Source of the DNA: Bacilli bacterium
Lineage (GTDB): Bacteria; Bacillota_I; Bacilli_A; RF39; UBA660
Assembly (NCBI GenBank): GCA_017484205.1
Contig: JAFUTO010000013.1
Coordinates: 217-64,216 of the forward strand
DNA: 64,000 nucleotides
Reading direction: 5' to 3'
The notes under the pieces are model-generated. The model did not search any database. It saw nothing but the letters and a program-made list of their open reading frames with translations, and was not told where the DNA came from. Positions 10,021 to 20,373 of the stretch are shown here, piece by piece. The position numbers and the translations under genes were made by a program. Positions within the stretch are counted from its first letter, which is position 1, and every line of letters starts with the position of its first letter.

Positions 10021-11325
10021 ATGTTTGAAAACTTAGGAGAAAGACTTACAAATGCCATAAATAAGATAAAAGGATATGGTAAAATTACAGAAGAAAATAT
10101 AAGTGACATTATGAGAGAAATCCGTCTTGCCCTATTAGAAGCAGATGTTAATTATGAAGTAGTAAAAGAATTTACCAATAATGTTAAAGAAAAGGCATTA
10201 GGTGAAGAAGTGGCTAATTCATTAAAACCTAGTGAATTATTTGTCAAAATCGTAAAAGATGAGTTAGTAGAATTATTAGGTGGAGATAAGGAAGATTTAT
10301 ATATAGATGGAAAACCATCAATCTTGATGATGGTAGGTTTACAAGGTACAGGTAAAACAACATCTATAGGTAAATTAGCTTTACTATTAAGAAAAAAATA
10401 TAATAAAAAACCATTATTAGTAGCTTGTGATATATATAGACCAGCAGCTATAGACCAATTAAAACAAATAGGTCGTGAATTAAATATCGAAGTATACAGT
10501 GAAGATAATAATCCTGTAGAAATAAGTAAAAATGCGATTAATTATGCTAAAGAAAATCATTATGATTATGTTTTAATAGATACAGCTGGACGTCTACAAA
10601 TAGATGAAGAATTAATGCAAGAACTATCAAATATTAATGAAGAAGTACATCCTAATGAAATATTACTTGTAGTTGATAGTATGACAGGACAAAGTGCCGT
10701 TGATGTAATTAAAGGATTCAACGAAAAGTTACCTTTAACAGGAGCTATCTTAACTAAATTAGATGGTGATACTAAGGGTGGTGCAGCTTTATCAATAAGA
10801 CATTTAACAAATATACCAATTAAATATATTGGTGTTTCTGAAAAAATGGATGGATTAGAAGAATTTTATCCTGAAAGAATGGCTAATCGTATTTTAGATA
10901 TGGGTGATCTTATGTCTATGATTGAAAAAGCAGAAGATGTCATAGACCAAGCTGAAATGGAAAAAACAGCGAAGAGAATGCAAAATGGTAAATTTGATTT
11001 AGAAGATTTTTTAAGCACAATGAAACAAATGAAAAAATTAGGCCCAATCGAAAACTTAATAAAAATGTTACCAGGCGCGAATAAGTATAATTTAAAAGAT
11101 ATTAAAGTAGATCCTAAAGAAATGGCACATATTGAAGCTATAATTTTATCTATGACACCTAAAGAAAGAAGACATCCTGAAATATTAAAGGCTTCTCAAA
11201 AGCAAAGAATAGCTAAAGGATCTGGTAGAACTGTAACAGAAGTAAACACTTTACTTAAAAGATTTGAAGAAATGCAAAAATTAATGAAACAAATGAAAAA
11301 TGGTAATTTTAAAATGCCATTCTAG
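10021..11325 (+). CDS. ffh: Signal recognition particle protein Ffh
   Basis: GLQGTGKTT, DTAGR, TKLDGD, M-domain. Confidence 0.97.
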   Translation: MFENLGERLTNAINKIKGYGKITEENISDIMREIRLALLEADVNYEVVKEFTNNVKEKALGEEVANSLKPSELFVKIVKDELVELLGGDKEDLYIDGKPSILMMVGLQGTGKTTSIGKLALLLRKKYNKKPLLVACDIYRPAAIDQLKQIGRELNIEVYSEDNNPVEISKNAINYAKENHYDYVLIDTAGRLQIDEELMQELSNINEEVHPNEILLVVDSMTGQSAVDVIKGFNEKLPLTGAILTKLDGDTKGGAALSIRHLTNIPIKYIGVSEKMDGLEEFYPERMANRILDMGDLMSMIEKAEDVIDQAEMEKTAKRMQNGKFDLEDFLSTMKQMKKLGPIENLIKMLPGANKYNLKDIKVDPKEMAHIEAIILSMTPKERRHPEILKASQKQRIAKGSGRTVTEVNTLLKRFEEMQKLMKQMKNGNFKMPF

Positions 11326-11333
11326 GAGTATAT

Positions 11334-11804
11334 ATGAAATTTTATGAAGTAGATGGAATAGTGGATTTAGATAAGTATAACTATTCCAATTATAAAGTTG
11401 GTGTTATCGTTCATATAAAAGATAGTAATGACAATATACTATTGCAACAAAGAGGATTAAAATCTAGAGATGAAAATGGTTTATATGAAGATGTTGGTGG
11501 TAAAGTAGATAAAGATGATGCTGATTTTAGATCTGCCATTGAAAGAGAAATAAAAGAAGAAATGGGAGAAGATGTAGTTATAGAACTTAGTAACCCTATA
11601 GGAGTATGGTATGTTCCTAAAAAAGATACTAATTGGTTATTTGTCGTATTTAAAGGAACTTATTTGAGTGGTAACATTAAAATAATGGAACCAGATAAAT
11701 GTATGGGGTATAAGTTTTTTACATATGAAGAAGCTATTCAATCTAATATGTTAAGTGAAAGTTGTAGTTTTTTAGTTAAGACGATGAAAAAAAATGGTAA
11801 ATAA
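11334..11804 (+). CDS. NUDIX hydrolase
   Basis: Nudix box GGKVDKDDADFRSAIEREIKEEMG. Confidence 0.85.
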   Translation: MKFYEVDGIVDLDKYNYSNYKVGVIVHIKDSNDNILLQQRGLKSRDENGLYEDVGGKVDKDDADFRSAIEREIKEEMGEDVVIELSNPIGVWYVPKKDTNWLFVVFKGTYLSGNIKIMEPDKCMGYKFFTYEEAIQSNMLSESCSFLVKTMKKNGK

Positions 11805-11870
11805 GGCATTTATATTATGCAAATAAATCCTCCTTACATAAGATAAACTAGGTAAGGGGGATTAATTTAT

Positions 11871-12131
11871 ATGTTCAATAAAAAATGTTGCATGAATAGA
11901 ATGCCATGTAATGATGAATGTAAAAGACAAGATCCAATTATGGAACCTGTAATAAATAATTGTGTTGAAAGAGAATTTGTTCACGAAGTAAAACACTGTT
12001 GTCCTATTAACACTCATTATATTAATAAACACATTTATAATCATACATATACTCCAATGTATACATGTACTGAAGAAAATGTTGTTATTAATAATGATTG
12101 TGGTGGATGCTGTAAATTTATGGGTAGATAA
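11871..12131 (+). CDS. CotD-like Cys/His-rich spore coat protein
   Basis: PIMEP...HEVKHCCPINTHYINKHIYNHTYTP pattern recalls B. subtilis CotD; CATA-type box upstream at 11837. Confidence 0.5.
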   Translation: MFNKKCCMNRMPCNDECKRQDPIMEPVINNCVEREFVHEVKHCCPINTHYINKHIYNHTYTPMYTCTEENVVINNDCGGCCKFMGR

Positions 12132-12155
12132 TAACTTCACTTATGTGAAGTTTTT
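12128..12155 (+). repeat. 28-bp direct repeat / terminator, left copy flanking mazEF
   Basis: ATAATAACTTCACTTATGTGAAGTTTTT identical to 12781-12808. Confidence 0.9.
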
Positions 12156-12158
12156 CTA

Positions 12159-12187
12159 TTGACAGATGTATAAACAATGTATATACT
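12159..12187 (+). promoter_or_regulatory. sigmaA promoter of mazEF
   Basis: TTGACA-17bp-TATACT. Confidence 0.8.
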
Positions 12188-12206
12188 ATATAGAGAGGTG
12201 AATAGT

Positions 12207-12449
12207 ATGGAGGTAAGATTACAAAAATGGGGTAATTCTGATGGTATAAGAATACCAAGCAGTATTTTAAAAACATTAAATTTAAAAACTAACGATAAAT
12301 TATTATTAGAACAAGTAGATGACAAAATAATTATAACAATTCCAAAAAAAAGAAAAATATCACTTAAAGAAGAATTTAAAAATTATGATGGTCCTAATTT
12401 AGCTAAGGAATTTGAATGGGATGAACAAGTAGGTAAAGAGATATGGTAA
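12207..12449 (+). CDS. mazE: AbrB/MazE antitoxin
   Basis: LQKWGNSDGIRIP, ends WDEQVGKEIW; overlaps toxin start. Confidence 0.9.
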   Translation: MEVRLQKWGNSDGIRIPSSILKTLNLKTNDKLLLEQVDDKIIITIPKKRKISLKEEFKNYDGPNLAKEFEWDEQVGKEIW

Positions 12450-12784
12450 AAAAATATATACCAAAACAAGGTGATGTAATATTTTTAAATTCAGATCCTA
12501 CTAAAGGTCACGAACAAGCAGGAAAAAGACCAGCTATAGTTATTAGTAATAATGTATTTAATGAAAATACTAAAATGGTTATTGTATTGCCCATTACTTC
12601 AAATGATAAAGCATTTCCAACACATTATATCCTTAAGAACACTAAAAAAATACATGGTGCAGTTTTATGTGAACATATAAGAAGCATTGATTACGAAGTA
12701 AGAAACATAAAATTTGTTGAAAAATTAAATGATGAAGATTTATTAAGTATAATTATGCTAATGAATGCTTGTATTGAAGAATAA
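12443..12784 (+). CDS. mazF: PemK/MazF endoribonuclease toxin
   Basis: PKQGDVI..DPTKGHEQAGKRPAIVIS, LPITS. Confidence 0.92.
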   Translation: MVKKYIPKQGDVIFLNSDPTKGHEQAGKRPAIVISNNVFNENTKMVIVLPITSNDKAFPTHYILKNTKKIHGAVLCEHIRSIDYEVRNIKFVEKLNDEDLLSIIMLMNACIEE

Positions 12785-12808
12785 TAACTTCACTTATGTG
12801 AAGTTTTT
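12781..12808 (+). repeat. 28-bp direct repeat / terminator, right copy
   Basis: Identical to 12128-12155. Confidence 0.9.
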
Positions 12809-12850
12809 TCTTTCTGTGGTATAATAGATATATATGGTAGGGTGATATGA

Positions 12851-14158
12851 ATGAAAAGAAGTATGGGTAATAAACTAATATTAATTGCGTTAATGATATT
12901 GTTGAGTTTAACAATATATGCATTATATAAAAATAATGTAATTGAAATTCCTAAAACTAATGATAATAACATTAATAATACCAAAGATGGTGGGAAAGAT
13001 ACTATAGAAGATCCAAAACCTGAAAATAAAGTAGGGGAACAAACTACATATTTAGGTGAAGTTTCTAATAGTAGTAATACCACTATCAAAGAAGGTTGGC
13101 AAGATGTAATTGTAAAGTTTTTAGATGCATATACTAAATCACTAGTAAACTTGAATACAGAAGATGTTACAAATCTGTTTACTGATCCATCAGGGAATGA
13201 AGCATATTTAACCGAAGCAACAATTGATTTTCAAGTAGAACATCATAAGTTACAACCTAATGATATGAAATTAAGTTACGCTAGTTATAATATTGAGTAT
13301 AAAAGTGTAAATATAAGTGGCAACAAAGTGACAATTGTTTTCTTGGAAGATGATTTTTATAAATTTAATTTTATGAATGATATAACATCTAGAGTTATTG
13401 ATGTTGAAAATACGATTGTTATAAACAAAAATGAGGATGAAACATATAGTATTGATTCATTAAGAGTAGTTAGAGATAATTATGTTATGTTTACTAATGC
13501 GGTTGAGATAGGTAGTAGTAACGCTAAGGCGACAATTGATAATTTAAAGGCAAAATATATTGGATGGGCTAAAGAAGAAGTAGCTAATAATAAGAAACTT
13601 CTTGAGGAAGCGAATAGTAATGAATATGTTGCGAAAAAAACTTGTGATAATGGATATAATAGGGACGCAGCAATAAGTTATGCTAATAAGTATGCAGATG
13701 GTAGAAATAGTGATTATTATGATTATTCAGATCTCGGTGGTAATTGTGCTAATTATGGTTCGCAATCTGTCTATGCAGGTGGTATTCCAATGGATTATAG
13801 CGGTACTTACCAATGGAAATATTATGGAACAGGATTAAATGATTCCAATACGGCAACCGGTAGATCTAATTCATGGACATCAACAAATTATTTTTATAAC
13901 TATGCAAAGAATAATACAGGTTATGGGATGTGTGCTGATGTAGATGTAAATATTTTTTATGCTGAAGGTGGAGATATAATTCAAGTAGGTTATAGTGGCT
14001 ATACTCATACAACTATAGTTGTTGGAGTTGCAAAAAAAGATAATAAAATATTAGATATTATTGTTAATTCTAATACTGTAGGATTAGAAAATTATCCAGT
14101 GCTCGGATATACATATCAAAATAAAAGACTTATCAAAATATTAGGGTATAATGATTGA
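12851..14158 (+). CDS. Exported Amidase_6 domain protein
   Basis: Signal/TM anchor; YNRDAAISYA, GGNCANYGSQ, GDIIQ, HTTIV. Confidence 0.8.
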   Translation: MKRSMGNKLILIALMILLSLTIYALYKNNVIEIPKTNDNNINNTKDGGKDTIEDPKPENKVGEQTTYLGEVSNSSNTTIKEGWQDVIVKFLDAYTKSLVNLNTEDVTNLFTDPSGNEAYLTEATIDFQVEHHKLQPNDMKLSYASYNIEYKSVNISGNKVTIVFLEDDFYKFNFMNDITSRVIDVENTIVINKNEDETYSIDSLRVVRDNYVMFTNAVEIGSSNAKATIDNLKAKYIGWAKEEVANNKKLLEEANSNEYVAKKTCDNGYNRDAAISYANKYADGRNSDYYDYSDLGGNCANYGSQSVYAGGIPMDYSGTYQWKYYGTGLNDSNTATGRSNSWTSTNYFYNYAKNNTGYGMCADVDVNIFYAEGGDIIQVGYSGYTHTTIVVGVAKKDNKILDIIVNSNTVGLENYPVLGYTYQNKRLIKILGYND

Positions 14159-14205
14159 CAATATTTATAATATAATGTATATTTTATATAGTTAGAAGGT
14201 TAGAT

Positions 14206-14931
14206 ATGGAATACGTAAGAATAAAATCAGATTATCTTGAGTTTAATAAAAAACTTGCAAAAGATGAAAGAAAATTTAAATTGATAAAAGCTGCAACATT
14301 AGGCTTATTTGCTGCAGGTGCTTTTTCTGCTATTGTTGCATATGCCAAAGTAGATGATAACTTTGAATATGATAATAATAGTAATGAGACTTTATCAGAA
14401 GCTTATGAAGAATATGCTGATGCAGAAATAGATAAAGATGTAAAAAAAGTATTAGATACATTATCTACATATGAAGAGTTGAATGATCAATATGAAGAAA
14501 TATCTAAATTAGATGGTGTTTCACATGATGATTTAGTATCTAAGAGAATGGAATTAATTAAAAGTGTAAAATCATTAAAATCAGCAGCTAATAAGATTAT
14601 AAAATTGCAAGTAATGTCATCGATGGATTTAAGTGATGACGCACATATTGAAATAATAGATGTAGGTAACAAAGCAGATGGTCCAAGTCATAGCATATTT
14701 ATAAGTGATGGTGATAATAATTATGTTATAAATTCACTACCATTTGAATATGAAAAAACATTAGAATATATTGATAAAATTAATACATATAGTGGTGATG
14801 GTTCATCAGATGCATGGGATGGAAAAACTATGGATGAATATCAAGATATAGTTGAAACATTATATTATCGTATTCTTAATATATCCACTAATGATCCCAA
14901 TTTTAAGTATAAAGTAGATAAATCAAGATAA
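14206..14931 (+). CDS. Hypothetical membrane-anchored protein
   Basis: TTGACA-17-TATATT promoter; TM near N-terminus. Confidence 0.6.
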   Translation: MEYVRIKSDYLEFNKKLAKDERKFKLIKAATLGLFAAGAFSAIVAYAKVDDNFEYDNNSNETLSEAYEEYADAEIDKDVKKVLDTLSTYEELNDQYEEISKLDGVSHDDLVSKRMELIKSVKSLKSAANKIIKLQVMSSMDLSDDAHIEIIDVGNKADGPSHSIFISDGDNNYVINSLPFEYEKTLEYIDKINTYSGDGSSDAWDGKTMDEYQDIVETLYYRILNISTNDPNFKYKVDKSR

Positions 14932-14938
14932 AAAAATA

Positions 14939-16036
14939 TTACTTTTTATAAGTAATATTTTTTTCTTTATCTTGCTTATTAATATCTTCTATTAATTTAT
15001 TTTCATAGTTAAATGATTCTATCATTAAATATTCAATTCTTTTATATAGATTAAGCAACCATCTATCTATTTCTTGTTTATTTTTAAAATCTACACTACC
15101 ATACATATCTCTTAATTCAATAATATCATTAACTATATCTTTTTCTTTTCCTTCAAATAGTGCTTTTTCAACTAAATAATTATAGTATGCTTCATTTTTA
15201 ATCGCACATCTAAATAAATCATTAAGTATAATTTTTATTCTCTCATCACTTAAACCTAATTGATTAATTAATCTTAATACTTCATTTATGTTTTGATAAT
15301 CAAAGTATTTATCTAAAATATCAGGTTTATATAATGTATATAAATCTTTTTTAAGTTTACCTCTAGGAGGTAGTGTGATTTCTACCTTTTTTTGTTTTTT
15401 TATAGTAGGAATAACTTCTTCCTTTTCCTTTGATTTAAGATAAGTTATATATGCCTCTATAAGTTTATCAGACCATTTAAGACCTTTAAGAAGTTTTGTA
15501 AAATAACTATAATCTTTATTAGTATCTTTACTATTTATAAATTCTTCTAGTTTAATATAGTATTCTTTATATTCTTTGTTTTGTTCATGTTCCTTTTCGA
15601 GTATTTTATTAACTTTTTCTTTTTCAATAGGATCCATTTCTTCTCCATTGACCAATTTAGTTAATAATTCTTGGATATCCATTCTTTCATAACCCGCTTC
15701 TTCAAATGGATTATATGTAACAATTAGATGAAAATCATTTTTACATAAAGTATAATTGTAATTCATAAGTCTATTGATTACAAAACCTGCTTCTTCCATT
15801 GTTAATTCACATAGTTCAAATAATATTGGTTCTATGATTGTATATGAATCGACTAATTGTCCTACATCATTATTGCTATAATCAAGTGATAAAACTTTAA
15901 TGATATTATTTGTAAGCATTTTTGAAGAATAGAAAAGATCTTTTTCTTCGGGCTTTTCTTCAAACAAATGATATAAATCCATTCTTAAATTTAAATGTTC
16001 TAATTGACTAATTGTTTTCTTTATTATCTTATTCAT
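14939..16036 (-). CDS. Hypothetical protein
   Basis: Long ORF, GAGGTG RBS before ATG 16036. Confidence 0.65.
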   Translation of the reverse strand: MNKIIKKTISQLEHLNLRMDLYHLFEEKPEEKDLFYSSKMLTNNIIKVLSLDYSNNDVGQLVDSYTIIEPILFELCELTMEEAGFVINRLMNYNYTLCKNDFHLIVTYNPFEEAGYERMDIQELLTKLVNGEEMDPIEKEKVNKILEKEHEQNKEYKEYYIKLEEFINSKDTNKDYSYFTKLLKGLKWSDKLIEAYITYLKSKEKEEVIPTIKKQKKVEITLPPRGKLKKDLYTLYKPDILDKYFDYQNINEVLRLINQLGLSDERIKIILNDLFRCAIKNEAYYNYLVEKALFEGKEKDIVNDIIELRDMYGSVDFKNKQEIDRWLLNLYKRIEYLMIESFNYENKLIEDINKQDKEKNITYKK

Positions 16037-16084
16037 AAAACACCTCAACACGAGGATATATTATATATGTAAATTGAAATAAAA

Positions 16085-16648
16085 TCAAATTAAATATTTT
16101 TTATAATATTCATCATAAGTTAAATTACTTTTATATACTTTAGTAGCTAAGTTAGTACCTAAGTATCTATAATGCCATGGTTCGTATTTATAACCAGTTA
16201 TGTTTTCCTTTCCTTTAGGATATCTTAATATAAATCCATATTTATGTGCATTTTTACTCAGCCATACAAATTCATCGCTTTTATCAAAATCATACATACT
16301 AAATATATTCGTGCATAAATCAAAGGCTAAACCTGTTTGATGTTCAGAATGACCTGGTAAAGCTATACTATTTAAAGTCTTATCACCTTTTTCTTTATAT
16401 TCTTTATCAAACAAGTATTTTTGTCTATTATAAGATCTATATGCCGATTCATTTATAATATGTAAATTTTTCTTCTCTGCATCTTTGGCCATTATAATAA
16501 AACTATTACATGCTTCATATCTTGCCATGCCTTTAATAGAATATGTTTTATCAATTTCTACTAGGTCATCCGGTTCATAATCTTTTTTTAATTTATATTC
16601 TTTATTTACTAATATAGCTATATCTTTATTTAAATCAGACTCCATCAT
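16085..16648 (-). CDS. M15B (VanY-like) D,D-carboxypeptidase
   Basis: SAYRSY, PGHSEHQTGLAFD, YEPWHYRY. Confidence 0.9.
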   Translation of the reverse strand: MMESDLNKDIAILVNKEYKLKKDYEPDDLVEIDKTYSIKGMARYEACNSFIIMAKDAEKKNLHIINESAYRSYNRQKYLFDKEYKEKGDKTLNSIALPGHSEHQTGLAFDLCTNIFSMYDFDKSDEFVWLSKNAHKYGFILRYPKGKENITGYKYEPWHYRYLGTNLATKVYKSNLTYDEYYKKYLI

Positions 16649-16684
16649 ATCACCTAATAAATTATATGAAAAAAACAAGTAAAA

Positions 16685-17596
16685 TTACTTGTTATCTAAA
16701 TAATATGCATAATATTCATCATAAGTTATTCCACTATCATGAACTTTTGTAGCTAACTCTACACCTAAATATCTATAATGCCATGATTCATATTCATAGC
16801 CTGTTAAATATTCTTTATCTTTAGGATATCTTAATATAAATCCATATTCGTGTGCATGTTCTTGTAACCATTGATATTCTGATGAATCTTCAAATGTATC
16901 ACCTGTTGATGTAGGTCCTATAATATCAACTGCTAATCCAGTATTATGTTCAGAATGTCCAGGACGCGCAGCATAATCGTCACCATATCTTTTATGTGTT
17001 TTTTCTTGTTCTTCATAACTTCTATAAGAATCGTTTATAATAAGTGTTAGATTTTCTTTTTTAGCTGCATTAAACATTAATTTATATTGTTCATATACTT
17101 CTTCACTTACCTTTTGTTCACCATAAGCATACCAATTACTAACATTGACAATATCTTCTGGTACATATTCTTTGTCTAAACCATATACTTTATTTACAAT
17201 CATTTCGATTCCTTTACTAGTATCAGTTTCTAATTCTATATTATAAAATTCTTCTTCGGCATGAACATTGATAATCGCGATAATATCATCTATGCTTTTA
17301 TCTTTATTTGCGTCATAATAATCTAAATATTTTTCTAAGTTATTATCAATGTAATATTTTCCTTTTAATATGTCTAGCATAACTTCACTATATCGAATAT
17401 TTAAGACTCTATTACTTTTCCCTATAGTTACAATTTCAATAGCTTCTTCTTTAGAATATCCTAATTTAGTTAGTTTATATTTATCACTTGTATAATACAT
17501 AATTAAAGCTATTACAAAAATGATAAATAAAATAGCTATGATTGTAATTACCCCATATTTAATAACGCCTTTTTTTAAAACTCTTTTAGTTTCCAT
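16685..17596 (-). CDS. Membrane-anchored M15B (VanY-like) D,D-carboxypeptidase
   Basis: TM anchor; SYRSY, PGHSEHNTGLAVD, YESWHYRY. Confidence 0.9.
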   Translation of the reverse strand: METKRVLKKGVIKYGVITIIAILFIIFVIALIMYYTSDKYKLTKLGYSKEEAIEIVTIGKSNRVLNIRYSEVMLDILKGKYYIDNNLEKYLDYYDANKDKSIDDIIAIINVHAEEEFYNIELETDTSKGIEMIVNKVYGLDKEYVPEDIVNVSNWYAYGEQKVSEEVYEQYKLMFNAAKKENLTLIINDSYRSYEEQEKTHKRYGDDYAARPGHSEHNTGLAVDIIGPTSTGDTFEDSSEYQWLQEHAHEYGFILRYPKDKEYLTGYEYESWHYRYLGVELATKVHDSGITYDEYYAYYLDNK

Positions 17597-17685
17597 ATAA
17601 TCACCTTATAATTATTATATCTTGATTTTATGTTTTATACAATCATAAAACTTGTAAATTATCATAAATTTAATTAGGTGATAAC

Positions 17686-18318
17686 ATGAAAAAAATATTT
17701 ATATTTTTATTAGCCTTAAATCTATTGCTTATAATTCCAGTTAAAGCGGAGGAACTAGACCTTGCTCCTAATGCTAAGAGTGCCATTTTAATAGAAGCAA
17801 GTACTGGTAATATATTGTATGAAAAAAATAGCCATGAAAAATTGCCGCCAGCTTCTATGACTAAGATGATGAGTATGTTAATTATATTAGAAAGTATTGA
17901 TAAAGGTATCATAAATTGGGATGATATAGTAACTGCATCAGCTAATGCATCTAGCATGGGAGGAAGTCAAATACTTTTAGAGACAGGAGAGGAAATGAGT
18001 GTTTCTGATTTGTTCAAAGGTATAGCTGTTGCTTCAGGAAATGATGCAGTAGTTGCTTTAGCAGAAGCCATTGCAGGAACAACATCAGAATTTGTAAATA
18101 TGATGAATGAAAGAGCAAGTGAGTTAGGATTACAAGATACATATTTTAAAAATCCACATGGACTAAATGATACAAATCACTATTCTAGCGCTCATGATAT
18201 GGCTATGATAGCAAAGGAACTTGTTAAACATGAAAAAGTATTTGAATATACTTCTATATATGAAGATTATTTGAGACAAGGTACAAATAGAAAATTATGG
18301 TTAGTTAATACAAATAAA
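17686..18318 (+). pseudogene. dacF: 5' part of dacF-like serine D-Ala-D-Ala carboxypeptidase (S11), interrupted by the ICE; reads through to a stop at 18372
   Basis: Signal peptide, SxxK (ASMTK), SGN, ends WLVNTNK at attL; continues at 60039. Confidence 0.88.
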
Positions 18319-18342
18319 GTCGTATGTAAGTTTTACCATAAA
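18307..18342 (+). repeat. attL: core AATACAAATAAA (18307-18318) plus element-side arm GTATGTAAGTTTTACCATAAA (18322-18342)
   Basis: Core matches 60027-60038 at 11/12; arm is the reverse complement of 60011-60031 at 19/21. Confidence 0.88.
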
Positions 18343-18458
18343 GGTAGTTTTGGCTTATATTTCAATGGCTAAATGATTTTTGGAGATTATACTGTTTTGA
18401 TAAAAGTGCATATTTTTGAAAGTTGTTATCTATACTTTATTAGAAAGTGAGGGTAACA

Positions 18459-18563
18459 ATGAACAAAATTATTATACCTAAAAATATTCAAATAGAAATG
18501 ATGAAATTTTTCTTAAAAACAAGCATACCTAGAATTTTAGAATCAAATATCAAATCTATTTAG
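18459..18563 (+). CDS. 34-aa peptide upstream of the recombinase (candidate directionality factor/regulator)
   Basis: MNKIIIPKNIQIEMMKFFLKTSIPRILESNIKSI; GAGGG RBS; below ORF-track cutoff. Confidence 0.55.
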   Translation: MNKIIIPKNIQIEMMKFFLKTSIPRILESNIKSI

Positions 18564-18584
18564 TTAGAATAGAGGAGATATAAA

Positions 18585-20051
18585 ATGGAAGAAAAGATTG
18601 TTACAGGTATTTACATTCGTGTATCAACAGAAGATCAAGCAAAGGATGGTTTTTCAATTCATGCACAAAGAGAAAAATTAACAAAGTATGCAGAGGCGAA
18701 CGATTGGCATATATATGATTATTATGTTGATGATGGAATAAGTGGTAAGAATTTAGATGGAAGACCTGAAGTAACAAGATTGCTTAATGATGTAAAAGAA
18801 GGAAAAGTAAATAATGTGTTAATCTATAAACTTGATAGATTAACAAGAAGTGTTAGAGATTTGATATATTTGATTGAACTATTTGAAAAGCATAGTTGTA
18901 CATTCAATTCCCAAACAGAAAAGATTGATACATCAAATGCGGTTGGTAGAATGTTTGTTAAGATTATTGGAATATTTGCTGAATTTGAAAGAGAAAATTT
19001 AGCAGAAAGAGTATCTTTTGGATATGAGCAAAAAACTAGAGAAGGTAATTATACAAATACTAATGGTGTCTATGGATATGATTATATAATTGGTGAAAAT
19101 AGGATAGAAGTAAATGAATTTGAAAGAGAGCTAGTAAATAAAATATTTGATTTATATATAGATGGAGAATCTTATTTTAAAATAGCAAGAGCTTTTAACG
19201 CTGAAAATGTTCCTACAAAAAGAGGTGGGCATTGGTCTGCTACTACAATAAAATCAATTATAAATAATCCTTTATATATCGGCAAAGTTAGATATGGATT
19301 ACAAGAAAAAAATAAGGATAAAGCATTTACAGTTGATGGCAAAAATATTGAACCAATTGTTGATGAGGATAAATGGAATTTAGCAAATAATATAGTTGAT
19401 ACTAGAAAACATTATTGTTCAAGGAGATATCCTTCTGAAAATTCATACTATTTTCATATTATAAAATGTGATAAGTGTGATGGACATATTTCTGCTAGAC
19501 AGCAAACTCATAAAGGCAAATTATATATTTCATATAGATGCAATAATTCTGCTAGAGGATTTTGCGATGCAAAATGTTTCTCACATAATTTAATGGAAAA
19601 TGCTTTTTTAGAATATTTAGATACGTTAGAAACATTAAAACCAGATAAAAGTATTTTAGAAAATAAAAAAATTGTTAATTCTTATGAAAAAGAAAAAGAA
19701 GAAATAGAAAAAAAAATTACTAAATTAGAAGAAAAAAAGAAATCAGTAAGAAGTCAATTTATTAATGATTTAATTAGTATTGATGAATATAAAAGTATTA
19801 TAGATGAAATAGAAAAACAAGAAAATATGTGGAAAAATAAAGTAGCAACACTGATTGAAGATACCACCAATATTGTAGAGTCATATACATATGAAGATGT
19901 TAAAGAGATTGTTACAAATATAAAATTAAATTGGAAACATCTAACAAATAAGGAAAGACAGCAGTTTCTTGAAAGATTTGTGGATAATATAAAAGTTTAT
20001 AAAGTTAAAAATAAAGTAAAGATAAAATGTATAGATTTTAAAAAATTATAA
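18585..20051 (+). CDS. Large serine recombinase (integrase)
   Basis: YIRVST catalytic Ser, KLDRLTRS, recombinase domain, Zn ribbon CDKC...YRC, coiled coil. Confidence 0.95.
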   Translation: MEEKIVTGIYIRVSTEDQAKDGFSIHAQREKLTKYAEANDWHIYDYYVDDGISGKNLDGRPEVTRLLNDVKEGKVNNVLIYKLDRLTRSVRDLIYLIELFEKHSCTFNSQTEKIDTSNAVGRMFVKIIGIFAEFERENLAERVSFGYEQKTREGNYTNTNGVYGYDYIIGENRIEVNEFERELVNKIFDLYIDGESYFKIARAFNAENVPTKRGGHWSATTIKSIINNPLYIGKVRYGLQEKNKDKAFTVDGKNIEPIVDEDKWNLANNIVDTRKHYCSRRYPSENSYYFHIIKCDKCDGHISARQQTHKGKLYISYRCNNSARGFCDAKCFSHNLMENAFLEYLDTLETLKPDKSILENKKIVNSYEKEKEEIEKKITKLEEKKKSVRSQFINDLISIDEYKSIIDEIEKQENMWKNKVATLIEDTTNIVESYTYEDVKEIVTNIKLNWKHLTNKERQQFLERFVDNIKVYKVKNKVKIKCIDFKKL

Positions 20052-20373
20052 ATATAAAAGAATATAAAGTATTACAGATATAATTGCATTATAATTAATC
20101 AGTAAAAACTTAATTTATATAGTTGGAAAATGTATATTGAAAAATAATGTAATTAAGTAAATATATTAAATGTAATGCACCTAGTTAATTGTAATGTTTA
20201 ATTAATAATACTCAAAACATATTAATTGTTTATTAATATTATCATATAATTGATAATATTTTTTTGATGATGATATGTTGTGGAAAAAATTATAAAATGG
20301 AATTTACTAATTAATTTATTAGTGTTATAATTAAAATGTATGGTGTCGAATATTTTAGTGAGGAGGTATAGTT

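Noticed and set aside
16085-17596. Vancomycin resistance cluster
   Set aside because: Only VanY-like M15B peptidases are present; there is no vanHAX ligase cluster or vanRS.
18319-18372. ICE-supplied replacement C-terminus for DacF
   Set aside because: The 17-aa read-through (VVCKFYHKGSFGLYFNG) lacks the KTG motif and C-terminal domain, so it cannot restore function.
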